From contig JALCBQ010000001.1 of NCBI GenBank assembly GCA_028066335.1, forward strand, positions 13,480-77,479: a stretch of DNA of 64,000 nt, written 5' to 3'. Both the position numbers and the translations under genes were made by a program. Source of the stretch: Pirellulaceae bacterium (GTDB lineage Bacteria; Planctomycetota; Planctomycetia; Pirellulales; Pirellulaceae). Numbering within the stretch: position 1 is the first letter of the stretch; the number at the start of each line of letters is the position of its first letter. The notes under the pieces are model-generated. The model did no database searches. It was not told where the DNA came from and saw only the letters and a program-made list of their open reading frames with translations. Below, in pieces: positions 1 through 8,641 of this stretch.

Positions 1-1
1 T

Positions 2-1792
2 CAATTGTGGTGGGGACATCAGATTCCTATTTGGTCACAAGTTTGCAAAACAGAGGAAGAGCACGATCAACTTGTTCGTGAGCTTCAAAATGATTCTGCG
101 GTCGTTTCTGGAGAGGTCGCTTATCAGGTCGAGCTTGATGTCGAACGACAGTCAGCTGAGGCACATGGTGGGGTCGTCCACGGTGCAGCCAAGGTTCAGC
201 TCCCTTACGCGACTATTCACGTTTGTATTCAAGAGGAGAATAAAGAGTTTGCCGCCCGCTATGAAGAGTCCGGTTTCGTTCGGGAAAGCGATGTTCTCGA
301 TACATGGTTTAGTTCGGCCCTTTGGCCTCATTCGACCCTTGGCTGGCCCGAAAAAAATGCCGATTTTGATTACTTTTTTCCAACGGATGTCCTTATTACT
401 AGCCGGGACATTATTACATTGTGGGTCGCCAGGATGGTCTTGGCTAGCCTCAATAACACAGGGGAAGTTCCTTTTCGCCGAGTCTTTATCCACCCCAAAA
501 TTCTTGATGGTTTTGGGGAAACGATGTCCAAGTCAAAGGGGAATGGAGTCGACCCCGTGGACGTTATCCAAAAGTTTGGTGCCGATGCACTCCGGTTTAG
601 CCTTGCCTATATTACGACCGAAACCCAAGATGTCCGCATGCCGGTCCAGTTTGAATGTCCCCATTGTAGTGAATTGCTCCCACAAACGAAAAAAAATCGT
701 GTCTTACCGGTTATTGAGTGTACTTCTTGCAAAAAGATATTCTCGACTCAATGGGCAAACACCGATGAAGAGAAAAGGGCACCACGTGGGGCTGTTGTCA
801 GTGAACGATTTGAGACATCGAGGAACTTCGTCAACAAATTATGGAATGCTTCCCGATTTGTTATGATGAATCTTGAGGGATTTGAGCCCGAGCCGATCGA
901 CCATGCATTGTTAGCTCTTGAAGATCATTGGATTCTCAGCCGTCTATCAACGGTGACGACAAAGGTAACTGAGGCACTTGAACATTTTCATTATGGGGAA
1001 GCAATGCGGCAAGTCTATGACTTTGCCTGGGATGAGTTCTGTAGCTTTTATGTCGAAATGGCGAAAAACCGCCTTCAGAACCGAGAGAGCCGCGCTGTTG
1101 CGCAACAAGTGATGGCCTATGTTCTCGATAACCTTTTACGACTTCTTCATCCCGTTATGCCGTTTGTCACTGAGGAGATTTGGCAACTGTTTGGAGAAGT
1201 TAGTCCAGCTCGTGGCCTTGAAACGATCGAAGTCGCTCACGAATCGGTTATGGTTTCTTCGTGGCCTGCAGTTGGCACTCGCTATCAAAATCCGGTGATC
1301 GAAGATCAGTTTCAGAAATTTCAGCAGACCCTGGGCGCCTTGCGCGAGATTCGTTCACGCCAAAACATTGCTCCCAAAAAGAGCCTTGAGTTTCTTGTCG
1401 AATGTCCAGATGATGTTACCGAATTGCTCAAACCGATGGAGCCTTATTTTTCCTCAATGGCAAATGCCAAGGGGGTTTGTTGGCAAGAAAAAGTTGAGAT
1501 CCCAGAGACGAACGCTCACTTGCAACTAGATGGGTTCGATATTTATGTCGACCTCAAAGATTTTATCGATGTTAAGGCTGAGCTCAAGCGAAACCGAAAA
1601 CAACAGGAGAAACTTGAGAAAATGGTTCTCGGCAAAGAGAAAAAATTGCAAAACGAAGGCTTTCTCGCACGGGCTCCTGAAAATGTTGTCGAAACCGAAC
1701 GGCAGTCGTTGGTTACTTTGCAAGAGCAGCTTCATGCTGTTATGGTCGCCATTGAACGACTAGAAAAAATTGAAGCATTGGCCCAAAAGTAG
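2..1792 (+). CDS. valS: Valyl-tRNA synthetase, C-terminal ~595 aa (5-prime end outside window)
   Basis: The ORF is open at the window edge. Class-I aaRS KMSKS loop (TMSKSKGN). WWGHQIPIW and DVLDTWFSSALWP motifs. NKLWNASRF anticodon-domain motif. Long C-terminal coiled coil (KAELKRNRKQQEKLEKMVLGKEKKLQNEGF) typical of bacterial ValRS. Confidence 0.95.
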   Translation, partial: QLWWGHQIPIWSQVCKTEEEHDQLVRELQNDSAVVSGEVAYQVELDVERQSAEAHGGVVHGAAKVQLPYATIHVCIQEENKEFAARYEESGFVRESDVLDTWFSSALWPHSTLGWPEKNADFDYFFPTDVLITSRDIITLWVARMVLASLNNTGEVPFRRVFIHPKILDGFGETMSKSKGNGVDPVDVIQKFGADALRFSLAYITTETQDVRMPVQFECPHCSELLPQTKKNRVLPVIECTSCKKIFSTQWANTDEEKRAPRGAVVSERFETSRNFVNKLWNASRFVMMNLEGFEPEPIDHALLALEDHWILSRLSTVTTKVTEALEHFHYGEAMRQVYDFAWDEFCSFYVEMAKNRLQNRESRAVAQQVMAYVLDNLLRLLHPVMPFVTEEIWQLFGEVSPARGLETIEVAHESVMVSSWPAVGTRYQNPVIEDQFQKFQQTLGALREIRSRQNIAPKKSLEFLVECPDDVTELLKPMEPYFSSMANAKGVCWQEKVEIPETNAHLQLDGFDIYVDLKDFIDVKAELKRNRKQQEKLEKMVLGKEKKLQNEGFLARAPENVVETERQSLVTLQEQLHAVMVAIERLEKIEALAQK

Positions 1793-1824
1793 GGCGCTAG
1801 GTAGAAGACAGTTGCGGTGTCGTT

Positions 1825-1842
1825 CAATGCGATATCGCATTG
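1825..1842. repeat. 18-bp perfect palindrome CAATGCGAT|ATCGCATTG between valS and the next gene
   Basis: Read directly from the sequence. It lies 33 nt after the valS stop and 55 nt before the ATG at 1897. No T-run follows, so it is not a classical intrinsic terminator. It could be an RNA hairpin (7-bp stem, 4-nt loop) or a dimeric operator. Confidence 0.4.
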
Positions 1843-1896
1843 CCAAAATTAAGGTATTCAAGACGCTCTCTATATTTTTTAGGTGGTTAGAAAATC

Positions 1897-2322
1897 ATGC
1901 CAGTTCAAGTAGAGCTTTCACGGATTATTCTCTGTGAAATTAGTGAGAAGCAGGCGATCTATCTTCGTGAAGTCGGAGGGATACGAGAGTTTCCAATAAT
2001 CATTGGAATTTACGAAGCTTCTTGTATTGACCGTCGTGTGAAAGGGTACCATCCTCCTCGCCCTCTTACACACGACCTCATGTCAGGGATTATCCACGCA
2101 CTAGAAGCCGATTTTGAGAGTGTTGTTATTACAGAGCTTGTCGACGAAACCTATTATGCTAAACTTTGCCTTCGAAGAAATGACAACGCAGTTCTCGAGA
2201 TAGATTCGCGTCCTTCAGACGCCATAGCCATTGCAGTAACTCGATCACCTGCAATACCGATTTATGTAACCGAAGAGGTCCTCTCTGCGGCTCTGGCTGA
2301 CAACAACAAACCACAAGGGTGA
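1897..2322 (+). CDS. Bifunctional nuclease family protein (DUF151/BFN domain)
   Basis: 141 aa. The pattern FPIIIGIYEA..I......PRPLTHDL......LEA....VVI..L.D.TYYA.L......V.IDSRPSDAIAIA matches my recollection of the DUF151 bifunctional nuclease family. Confidence 0.8.
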   Translation: MPVQVELSRIILCEISEKQAIYLREVGGIREFPIIIGIYEASCIDRRVKGYHPPRPLTHDLMSGIIHALEADFESVVITELVDETYYAKLCLRRNDNAVLEIDSRPSDAIAIAVTRSPAIPIYVTEEVLSAALADNNKPQG

Positions 2323-2403
2323 CTCGCAATTGCCTCAATACCGCCTTGGAATTTTAGTCCGTTTTGACATAGGGCTGTGGTCAATAAAATAGGATAGAAG
2401 AAG

Positions 2404-4185
2404 TTACCGAAGAACGTCGGCAAAAGCTTCTTGCAGTGACCGGAGTCCTATTTGACCTTTATCCCCTTCGATAACAACGTTGACTCGCACTTCGCTTGTG
2501 CTAACCATTGAAACGTTGAGGTTTGCCTTGAAGAGGCTCTGGAACATTCGGATCGCTACATCGGTATGGCTTCGTAGGCCAAGGCCGGAAACGGACAGTT
2601 TACTGATTGTTTCGCTATGCTGGATCGTTGCGCAATCGAATTCTTGGCAAATTTTATTGGCGATCTTTAGTGCTAGGGTCAAATGTTCTTTAGGAATGGT
2701 AAAGCTCAAGCTCGTCGTCCCCTCATTGCCATCGTAGCTTTGAACGATCATGTCGACAAAAACATTCTCATGGGCGACACGATCAAAAATATCTGAAGCG
2801 ACACCGGGACGGTCAGGAACGCCCAATATTGTTATACGAGCCTGGTCATCGTCAAGCTCGACCGTATCAATGGTGAGGTCTTCCATACCAACGACCTGGA
2901 GACGTTTGACGACCTCTAGCGCATTTTGTGGCGGTTGGCAAATTTCGGGGAGGACTGGTTTTTCATCCCACGGTGGTTTTTCCAGCTGAAATTCTTGATG
3001 GACAGCACGAAGGGCTGTTAATGCCGACTTTCTATCGACAAGGACCGAGATTTTTATTTCGCTTGTGGTGATCATTTGAATATTCACTTCGGCTTGTGAA
3101 AGGGAGCGAAACATTTTATTGGCCACGCCGATCTGTTCAGCCATGCCTAGGCCGACGACCGAAATTTTGGCGACTTCAGAATCGTGGGTGATTTGTTCAA
3201 TGTCCAAGGCCTGCTTGGCATCTTCAACCGCCTCAAGGGTCGATTCAAGATCCGACTCCAGTACTGTAAACGAAATATCGGCTTTGCCATCAATACCAAC
3301 ATTCTGAACGATCATATCGACGGTAATTGCCTGATCGGCAAGTCGAGAGAAAATGGCCAGGGAGCTACCAGGAACGTCGGGTACACCAAGGAGAGTAACC
3401 CGTGCTTCATTTTTGGTCATAGCGGCACCACTAACGGGGAGTCCGTCGACCTCGGGCTGTGAGACGATGAGCGAGCCGGTAATGTCGGTAAAACTATTTC
3501 GTACATGAATCGGCACACCAAATTTTTTGCCAAATTCGACAGCCCGACTGTGCATAACACCGGCGCCCAGGCTAGCGAGTTCGAGCATCTCTTCGTAGCT
3601 AATATGTGAAATACATCGAGCTTCTGGCATGACCCGTGGATCGGTCGTATAGACTCCATCGACATCGGTATAGATTTCGCACTGGTTAGCGCCCAATACA
3701 GCAGCAAGAGCAACAGCCGTTGTGTCACTTCCCCCCCGACCTAGCGTTGTAATATTGAAATCTTCGTCAATTCCCTGAAAACCGGCAGCAATAACGATGT
3801 TCCCTTCACCGAGAAGGCGTTGGATTCGTTCAGTCGAGATTGCTTTAATGCGTGCTTTCGTATGTGAACTGTCCGTTTGAATTCCGATTTGGGCACCGGT
3901 TAGGCTAATCCCTTTTGCTCCAAGTGAGTCTACTGCCATTGCCATAAGAGCGACACTTACCTGTTCCCCTGTCGAAAGGAGCATATCCATTTCACGGGCG
4001 GGTGGTTCGTCGCTAAGTTCGGCAGCAAGTGCGACGAGCTGATCGGTACGAGCCCCCATTGCGCTGACGACCATAACGACTTGATGACCCTCTTGTTGGG
4101 CACGGATCGCTTTTCGTGCGGCAGCCAAAATCTTTTGACTGTCAGCGACACTGGTTCCACCAAATTTTTGAACAATAAGTGACAT
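2404..4185 (-). CDS. lysC: Aspartate kinase, long form with duplicated ACT-pair regulatory region
   Basis: N-terminus IVQKFGGTSVA, then VVVSAMG.TD.L, GRGGSDTTAVALA and TDVDGVYTTDPR kinase motifs. Two collinear regulatory repeats are visible: ARVTLLGVPDVPGSSLAIFSRLADQAITVDMIVQN and ARITILGVPDRPGVASDIFDRVAHENVFVDMIVQS. Confidence 0.95.
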   Translation of the reverse strand: MSLIVQKFGGTSVADSQKILAAARKAIRAQQEGHQVVMVVSAMGARTDQLVALAAELSDEPPAREMDMLLSTGEQVSVALMAMAVDSLGAKGISLTGAQIGIQTDSSHTKARIKAISTERIQRLLGEGNIVIAAGFQGIDEDFNITTLGRGGSDTTAVALAAVLGANQCEIYTDVDGVYTTDPRVMPEARCISHISYEEMLELASLGAGVMHSRAVEFGKKFGVPIHVRNSFTDITGSLIVSQPEVDGLPVSGAAMTKNEARVTLLGVPDVPGSSLAIFSRLADQAITVDMIVQNVGIDGKADISFTVLESDLESTLEAVEDAKQALDIEQITHDSEVAKISVVGLGMAEQIGVANKMFRSLSQAEVNIQMITTSEIKISVLVDRKSALTALRAVHQEFQLEKPPWDEKPVLPEICQPPQNALEVVKRLQVVGMEDLTIDTVELDDDQARITILGVPDRPGVASDIFDRVAHENVFVDMIVQSYDGNEGTTSLSFTIPKEHLTLALKIANKICQEFDCATIQHSETISKLSVSGLGLRSHTDVAIRMFQSLFKANLNVSMVSTSEVRVNVVIEGDKGQIGLRSLQEAFADVLR

Positions 4186-4240
4186 TGAGAAGTCTCTTTA
4201 AGGACGAATTGTATTGAAAAAGAGGAAGTAAAGGAAAAGA

Positions 4241-5443
4241 CTATTTTAAAATGAAATGGTTCATGAGCTCATTTCCTTGTGGCTTGGCAAGTCCTTGGCC
4301 AGCAGTCGGTTCATCGTAGGTTGTGTGTTCGTCAGGTATTAGTTCAGTGCCTGCCATCGTAAAGGGAACAAAGCCATGGCTATGTGTTTTCGTCCGGACT
4401 GGAGTAGGATGGTCAGGAGTGACGAGTATACGGTAGTCCCCCAGGCTTTTGAGTTTTTTCCAAACAGGGCCGACAATATCGCGATCGATCGCTTCGAGCG
4501 CCTTGATCTTGGCGGTAACATCACCTTCGTGAGAAGCTTCGTCAGGGGCTTCAATATGGACACAGATAATATCGGCCGAATCTAAATGGTCAACGCAGGC
4601 TTGTCCCTTTGCCTGATAATCGGTGTCTGTATAGCCTGTTGCGCCTTCGACTTCAACCCGTTCCCAACCGATTAAAGAGGCAATCCCTCGTAAAAGGTCG
4701 ACGGCGGTTATCATTTTGCCACGTAGGCCATGAAGTTTTTCAAAAGAGGGAAGTTGTGGAGTACGGCCAAATCCCCACAGCCAGATGTTTGTTGCTGGTA
4801 ACTTGTTCGCATGAATACGGGCGTTGTTAACAGGATGGTTTTGAAACACTTCAAGGCTGCGACTCATGAGGTCGTTCAAAAAGTCGCTGCCAGCGCCTCG
4901 AGGAAAATCTTCACCGACTGATTTGTCTGTGAGGTCATGGGGTGGGGTGGCACGGGTCTCCATAGAGAAGGGGGCTCTCTTTTCAGGGGTACCACGGTAG
5001 AGAAGAAGGTTTCGATAGCTAACCCCAGGGATAAATTCGAGTTCACTTTCGGGAGTCGCTTTTTGAAGATCGGCCAAGAGCTCTTTGGCTTCTTCGCTCG
5101 AGATATGTCCGGCTGTAAAGCTCTTCATGATTTGGTTATCAATCGAGACGAGATTACAACGGATTGCCCAATCATCGGGGCCAAGCTCAATCCCTTGTGC
5201 CGCCGCTTCGAGTGGGGCCCTGCCTGTAAAAAACTCGTTCGGATCGTATCCAAGAAGGCTCATGTTCGCTACGGCCGAGCCGGCTGGAAGGTGTTTAGGG
5301 ACATTGTTGGCATAGCCGACTATTCCGGCGGTAGCGATCGCATCCATGTTCGGGAGCTTTGCCGCTTGAAGGGGTGTTTTACCAACGAGGGACTCTTGTG
5401 GTTCGTCGGCTGCTCCGTCGGGGATAATAATCACGTATTTCAT
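4241..5443 (-). CDS. Cofactor-independent phosphoglycerate mutase-like protein (archaeal ApgM type); likely the 'proposed homoserine kinase' subfamily
   Basis: 400 aa. N-terminus MKYVIIIPDGAADEP. The ICVHIEAPDEASHEGD and ILVTPDHPTP metal-site motifs belong to the alkaline-phosphatase-superfamily ApgM family. It is sandwiched between hom and lysC on the same strand with 74- and 55-bp gaps. Confidence 0.8.
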   Translation of the reverse strand: MKYVIIIPDGAADEPQESLVGKTPLQAAKLPNMDAIATAGIVGYANNVPKHLPAGSAVANMSLLGYDPNEFFTGRAPLEAAAQGIELGPDDWAIRCNLVSIDNQIMKSFTAGHISSEEAKELLADLQKATPESELEFIPGVSYRNLLLYRGTPEKRAPFSMETRATPPHDLTDKSVGEDFPRGAGSDFLNDLMSRSLEVFQNHPVNNARIHANKLPATNIWLWGFGRTPQLPSFEKLHGLRGKMITAVDLLRGIASLIGWERVEVEGATGYTDTDYQAKGQACVDHLDSADIICVHIEAPDEASHEGDVTAKIKALEAIDRDIVGPVWKKLKSLGDYRILVTPDHPTPVRTKTHSHGFVPFTMAGTELIPDEHTTYDEPTAGQGLAKPQGNELMNHFILK

Positions 5444-5517
5444 AACAAGGGCCTTATCTCGTCTGCAATAGATTCATTTAAAAATTGCAATGGAAGAAGA
5501 TTAACAGAAGCAGGTTT

Positions 5518-6837
5518 CTAGTCTAAAACGCGGAGTCGGATACATTGTTGTTCAACACACTTAAGGGTGTTGATTGCCGCGACAGCTTGTCGACTGGCCC
5601 CCTCGCTCGTTTTATGAGTCAAAATAACGATAGGGACGTATTTCCTTGTCTGACCATCGGTTGATTCGATTTTGGAGAGTCCCTCTTGTTGGAGAATCGA
5701 CTTGATCGAGATTCCATGTTCTCCGAGGGTTCCAGCGATTTGAGACAAGACACCCGGTTGTTCGAGAACAGTCAGGCGTAAATAAAATTCGCCTGCAAGC
5801 GTATTGGGTTCACGAAGATTAACCCGAGGTGGTTGTTTCGACCATAGTTTTAATGTTTCAAAAGTTAATTCAGTCCGGCCAACGGCTGTGTCAATCATGT
5901 CGGCGACAATAGCTGAGGCGGTTGGCATTTGTCCTGCCCCCGGGCCATAGAAGAAAAGGTTTCCGGCGGCATCGCAATCGACACTAATCGCATTATTGGC
6001 ATCTTGGACCTCGGCGAGAGGACGCCCCTTTTTGACAAGGGTTGGCGAGACATGAAGCTCGAGCCCTTCTTTGGTGAGTTGGGCAATCGCCAAGAGCTTA
6101 ATACGGTAACCGAGGTGATCGGCACACTTCATGTCGGTCTGGGTAAGGACATCAATTCCTGTTCGGGCGATCTCCTTCCAATTGACCCGTGCCCCAAAAC
6201 CGAGGTGGGCCAAGATTGCCAGCTTTTGGGCCGCATCGGTTCCGTCGACATCCATAGTAGGGTCGGCTTCCGCATAACCAAGCTCTTGTGCCTGTTGAAT
6301 GACTTTGTCGTAGGAGGCTCCTTTTTCAGCCATTTGAGTAACAACAAAGTTACTTGTTCCGTTGAGGATTGCCTGGAGCCCATTAAGCTGGTTTGCAGAT
6401 AAACATTGGCTCATGTTCGTGATAATCGGTATTCCACCAGCAACGGCCGCTTCGAAGGCGATCGATCGCCCCAGCTCTCGGGCGCGATCGAAAAGCTCGG
6501 CCCCATGTTCGGCTAAAAGAGCTTTATTAGCAGTAACAATATCTTTGCCACTTTCCAGAAGCTTTAACAAAATTGTTCGGGCCGGCTCTAGGCCACCGAT
6601 CATTTGGGCGACGACCTTTATTTCTGGATTGTCGAGGACTTCGTTGAGGTCTTCGGTGAGTAGTCCTTCTGGTAGATCGACTTGTCGTTTCTTGTTGATG
6701 TCACGTATGACGACCTTTTCAAGCCAAAGTGTACGGCCAGCGTGGCGGGCAGTTCGGTCTCCATGATCCAAAAGGAGGCGGGCAACACCGGTGCCAACCG
6801 TTCCCATGCCAACAATGGCGACTTTGGTGACTTTCAT
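5518..6837 (-). CDS. hom: Homoserine dehydrogenase
   Basis: Rossmann N-terminus MKVTKVAIVGMGTVGTGV. Motifs TANKALLA, GGIPII, ILNGTSNF, GYAEADP and DV.G.DAA.KL, plus a C-terminal ACT-like domain. The ATG at 6837 is preferred over the ORF-track start at 6870, because the Rossmann fold begins right after it. Confidence 0.93.
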   Translation of the reverse strand: MKVTKVAIVGMGTVGTGVARLLLDHGDRTARHAGRTLWLEKVVIRDINKKRQVDLPEGLLTEDLNEVLDNPEIKVVAQMIGGLEPARTILLKLLESGKDIVTANKALLAEHGAELFDRARELGRSIAFEAAVAGGIPIITNMSQCLSANQLNGLQAILNGTSNFVVTQMAEKGASYDKVIQQAQELGYAEADPTMDVDGTDAAQKLAILAHLGFGARVNWKEIARTGIDVLTQTDMKCADHLGYRIKLLAIAQLTKEGLELHVSPTLVKKGRPLAEVQDANNAISVDCDAAGNLFFYGPGAGQMPTASAIVADMIDTAVGRTELTFETLKLWSKQPPRVNLREPNTLAGEFYLRLTVLEQPGVLSQIAGTLGEHGISIKSILQQEGLSKIESTDGQTRKYVPIVILTHKTSEGASRQAVAAINTLKCVEQQCIRLRVLD

Positions 6838-7194
6838 TCGTTTGTATTTATTCCTGTCGAGTCGACGCAAGGCTAAGATGTAAGGAACATTAAACTGCCA
6901 TCGTGCAACAACCCCGATTTTCCGTCAAGGTATTTCTCGACCACATCTAGGAAAACGGTATAAATTCGGCCCCTATAGGACGAAAAGTTTTCTGACTTTT
7001 GCCATGATCTCTGTTTTTTCACAAAAGTGTAAAGATTAAGGCCCCACTAGTAGTTTTCCGAAAATAGGCGATACTATCCAATGGTCACAATGAGAAGTTA
7101 AATAAGCGATTGTTCTCTTGCGTCTCTCTCGTCGTTGGAGGTCTTCTCAGTTGTGTGTGACAAACTCTATTTTGCACACGAAAGGTCAAAAACG

Positions 7195-8253
7195 ATGAAC
7201 AGCTCTGCCGAAACTTTTTTTAAGAAGTTACTGGAAACACCAGGCCCTTCCGGATACGAAGAACAGGTACAAGAGATTGTCCGAGAATATGCTAGCCCTT
7301 TTGCAGACTCGGTTTCGACCGATGCACATGGGAATGTGATCGTATGTAAGAACCCTGAGGCCGATTTCAAGCTCATGTTGGCTGGCCATTGCGATCAAAT
7401 AGGGATGTTAATTACCCATATCGACGAAGATGGTTTTCTGTACGCTCAGACAATTGGTGGATGGGATCCTCAACAACTCATTGGGCAGAGAATGACAGTT
7501 TGGACAGAAGAGGGGGGCATACCTGCTGTGATCGCCCGAAAACCGATTCATCTTTTGACCCCTAAAGAGCGGGAGCAAGTCGTACAGACCAAGGAGCTTT
7601 GGCTCGATATTGGTGCAAAGAACAAAGAAGAGGCGAGCCAACTCGTCTGTATCGGTGACCCTGTTACACTTGAACTTGGCTACCAACCAATGCGCAACGG
7701 TTTAGCAAATTCCCCCGGGATGGATAACCGGACCGGTGTTTGGGTCGTGATAGAAGCTTTGAGGCGGGCCGCCGAAAAAGGGGTGACAATTGGCCTTTAT
7801 GCTGTGTCGACAGTCGCCGAAGAGATCGGCCTCCGTGGGGCGCAAACGAGTGCCTACGGCATCGACCCAACGGTCGGCATTGCTGTCGATGTAACACATG
7901 CGACGGATTGTCCCACGATCGATAAGAAACAAAACGGTGATCTCGCTTTGGGGAAGGGGCCTGTCATTTATCGAGGGCCAAATATTAATCCCGTTGTTTT
8001 CAGGAGGATTACCGAGGTGGCTAATGGTAAGGAGCACCCTTACCAGCTTTCGGCCCTTGGACGCGCTGCGCCAAACGATTCCAACGCGATCCAAATTACA
8101 CGGGCCGGGGTAGCGACTGGCCTCGTTGCGATTCCAAACCGTTATATGCATAGTGCGGTCGAGACGATTTCGCTAGACGATATCGATCATGCAGCCGAGC
8201 TTTTGGCCGATTTTGCCTGCGAACTGAAAGAGGGGGACTCGTTCACTCCATGA
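7195..8253 (+). CDS. M42 family metallopeptidase (FrvX / glutamyl-aminopeptidase-like)
   Basis: TPGPSGYEE...V near the N-terminus, HCDQIG, the DNR.G motif (GMDNRTGV), VAEEIGLRGA and RYMHS are hallmarks of the M42 family. The start at 7195 (MNSS...) is preferred over 7135. Confidence 0.85.
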   Translation: MNSSAETFFKKLLETPGPSGYEEQVQEIVREYASPFADSVSTDAHGNVIVCKNPEADFKLMLAGHCDQIGMLITHIDEDGFLYAQTIGGWDPQQLIGQRMTVWTEEGGIPAVIARKPIHLLTPKEREQVVQTKELWLDIGAKNKEEASQLVCIGDPVTLELGYQPMRNGLANSPGMDNRTGVWVVIEALRRAAEKGVTIGLYAVSTVAEEIGLRGAQTSAYGIDPTVGIAVDVTHATDCPTIDKKQNGDLALGKGPVIYRGPNINPVVFRRITEVANGKEHPYQLSALGRAAPNDSNAIQITRAGVATGLVAIPNRYMHSAVETISLDDIDHAAELLADFACELKEGDSFTP

Positions 8254-8495
8254 TTTTCACCTTAGGGTACCTCAGGTTAAGGGATGGATCGAGGCTTTGG
8301 TCGTTGGAAAAAGTAATCCAAGATGAGAATTGATGATTTTGAGCCGAAGAAGGGAAGTGGCCGGTTGCCATCCCCTTTTACTTCTGCCAAAATGGCAAAG
8401 GACTTAGAGCAGGGGCCTTTTTCGGCTAGATATTGAGTCGAAATTAGGGGCTATCTCTTTGTCTGGTAGATGTTTAGAGAGAAGTGTCAGGTTTT

Positions 8496-8511
8496 TGGCA
8501 CAATGATTGCA
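8496..8511 (+). promoter_or_regulatory. Candidate sigma54 (-24/-12) promoter TGGCAC-N5-TTGCA facing groEL copy 1
   Basis: The sequence TGGCACAATGATTGCA was read directly. GG and GC are spaced exactly as in the consensus TGGCACG-N4-TTGCW. It sits on the + strand, 131 nt upstream of the GTG at 8642. Confidence 0.4.
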
Positions 8512-8587
8512 TGATGCGGGTCAACCTTTGCGTTTGGTGGTGGGGAAGGTCTTGGCTGCCAAGAGGTGCAATCAGGTAAATTCGATT

Positions 8588-8615
8588 TTTGACAAATAGA
8601 AATATATACATTTAA
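8588..8615 (+). promoter_or_regulatory. Candidate sigma70-type promoter TTGACA-N16-TTTAAT upstream of groEL copy 1
   Basis: Perfect -35 hexamer TTGACA at 8588-8593. An AT-rich -10-like TTTAAT follows after 16 nt, about 27 nt upstream of the start codon. The -10 element is weak. Confidence 0.3.
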
Positions 8616-8641
8616 TTTAGTCTTTCGAAAGGGAGAAGAAC

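Noticed and set aside
72-866. Long alternative-frame and antisense ORFs inside strongly supported genes. Examples: 72-866 (+) in valS; 9298-9660 and 9721-10086 (-) in groEL1; 10894-11316 (-) in groEL2; 12498-12983 (-) over the dnaJ start; 47337-47852 (-) and 46969-47499 (+) in rpoD; 59459-60001, 60044-60592 and 60785-61333 (-) in the Asp-box gene.
   Set aside because: Each lies wholly within a CDS whose translation shows family-defining motifs. Their own translations are Arg/Ser/Pro/Cys-rich with no recognisable motifs, which is typical of shadow ORFs in mid-GC DNA.
7135-7194. N-terminal extensions offered by the ORF track: 7135 (M42 peptidase), 6870 (hom), 15429 (saccharopine dehydrogenase), 18814 (EEP nuclease), 38187 (paralog A), 40054 (paralog B) and 58847 (Asp-box protein).
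   Set aside because: In each case an internal ATG/GTG gives a better start. The Rossmann fold or signal peptide begins immediately after it, an RBS-like purine tract is present, or the upstream codon is a weak TTG.
8254-8641. Searched for a CIRCE operator (TTAGCACTC-N9-GAGTGCTAA) and a sigma32-type promoter (CTTGAA…CCCCAT) upstream of groEL1. Also searched upstream of groES, groEL2 and dnaJ.
   Set aside because: No acceptable match was found by eye in any of the four upstream regions. Only the sigma54-like and sigma70-like elements reported above are present.
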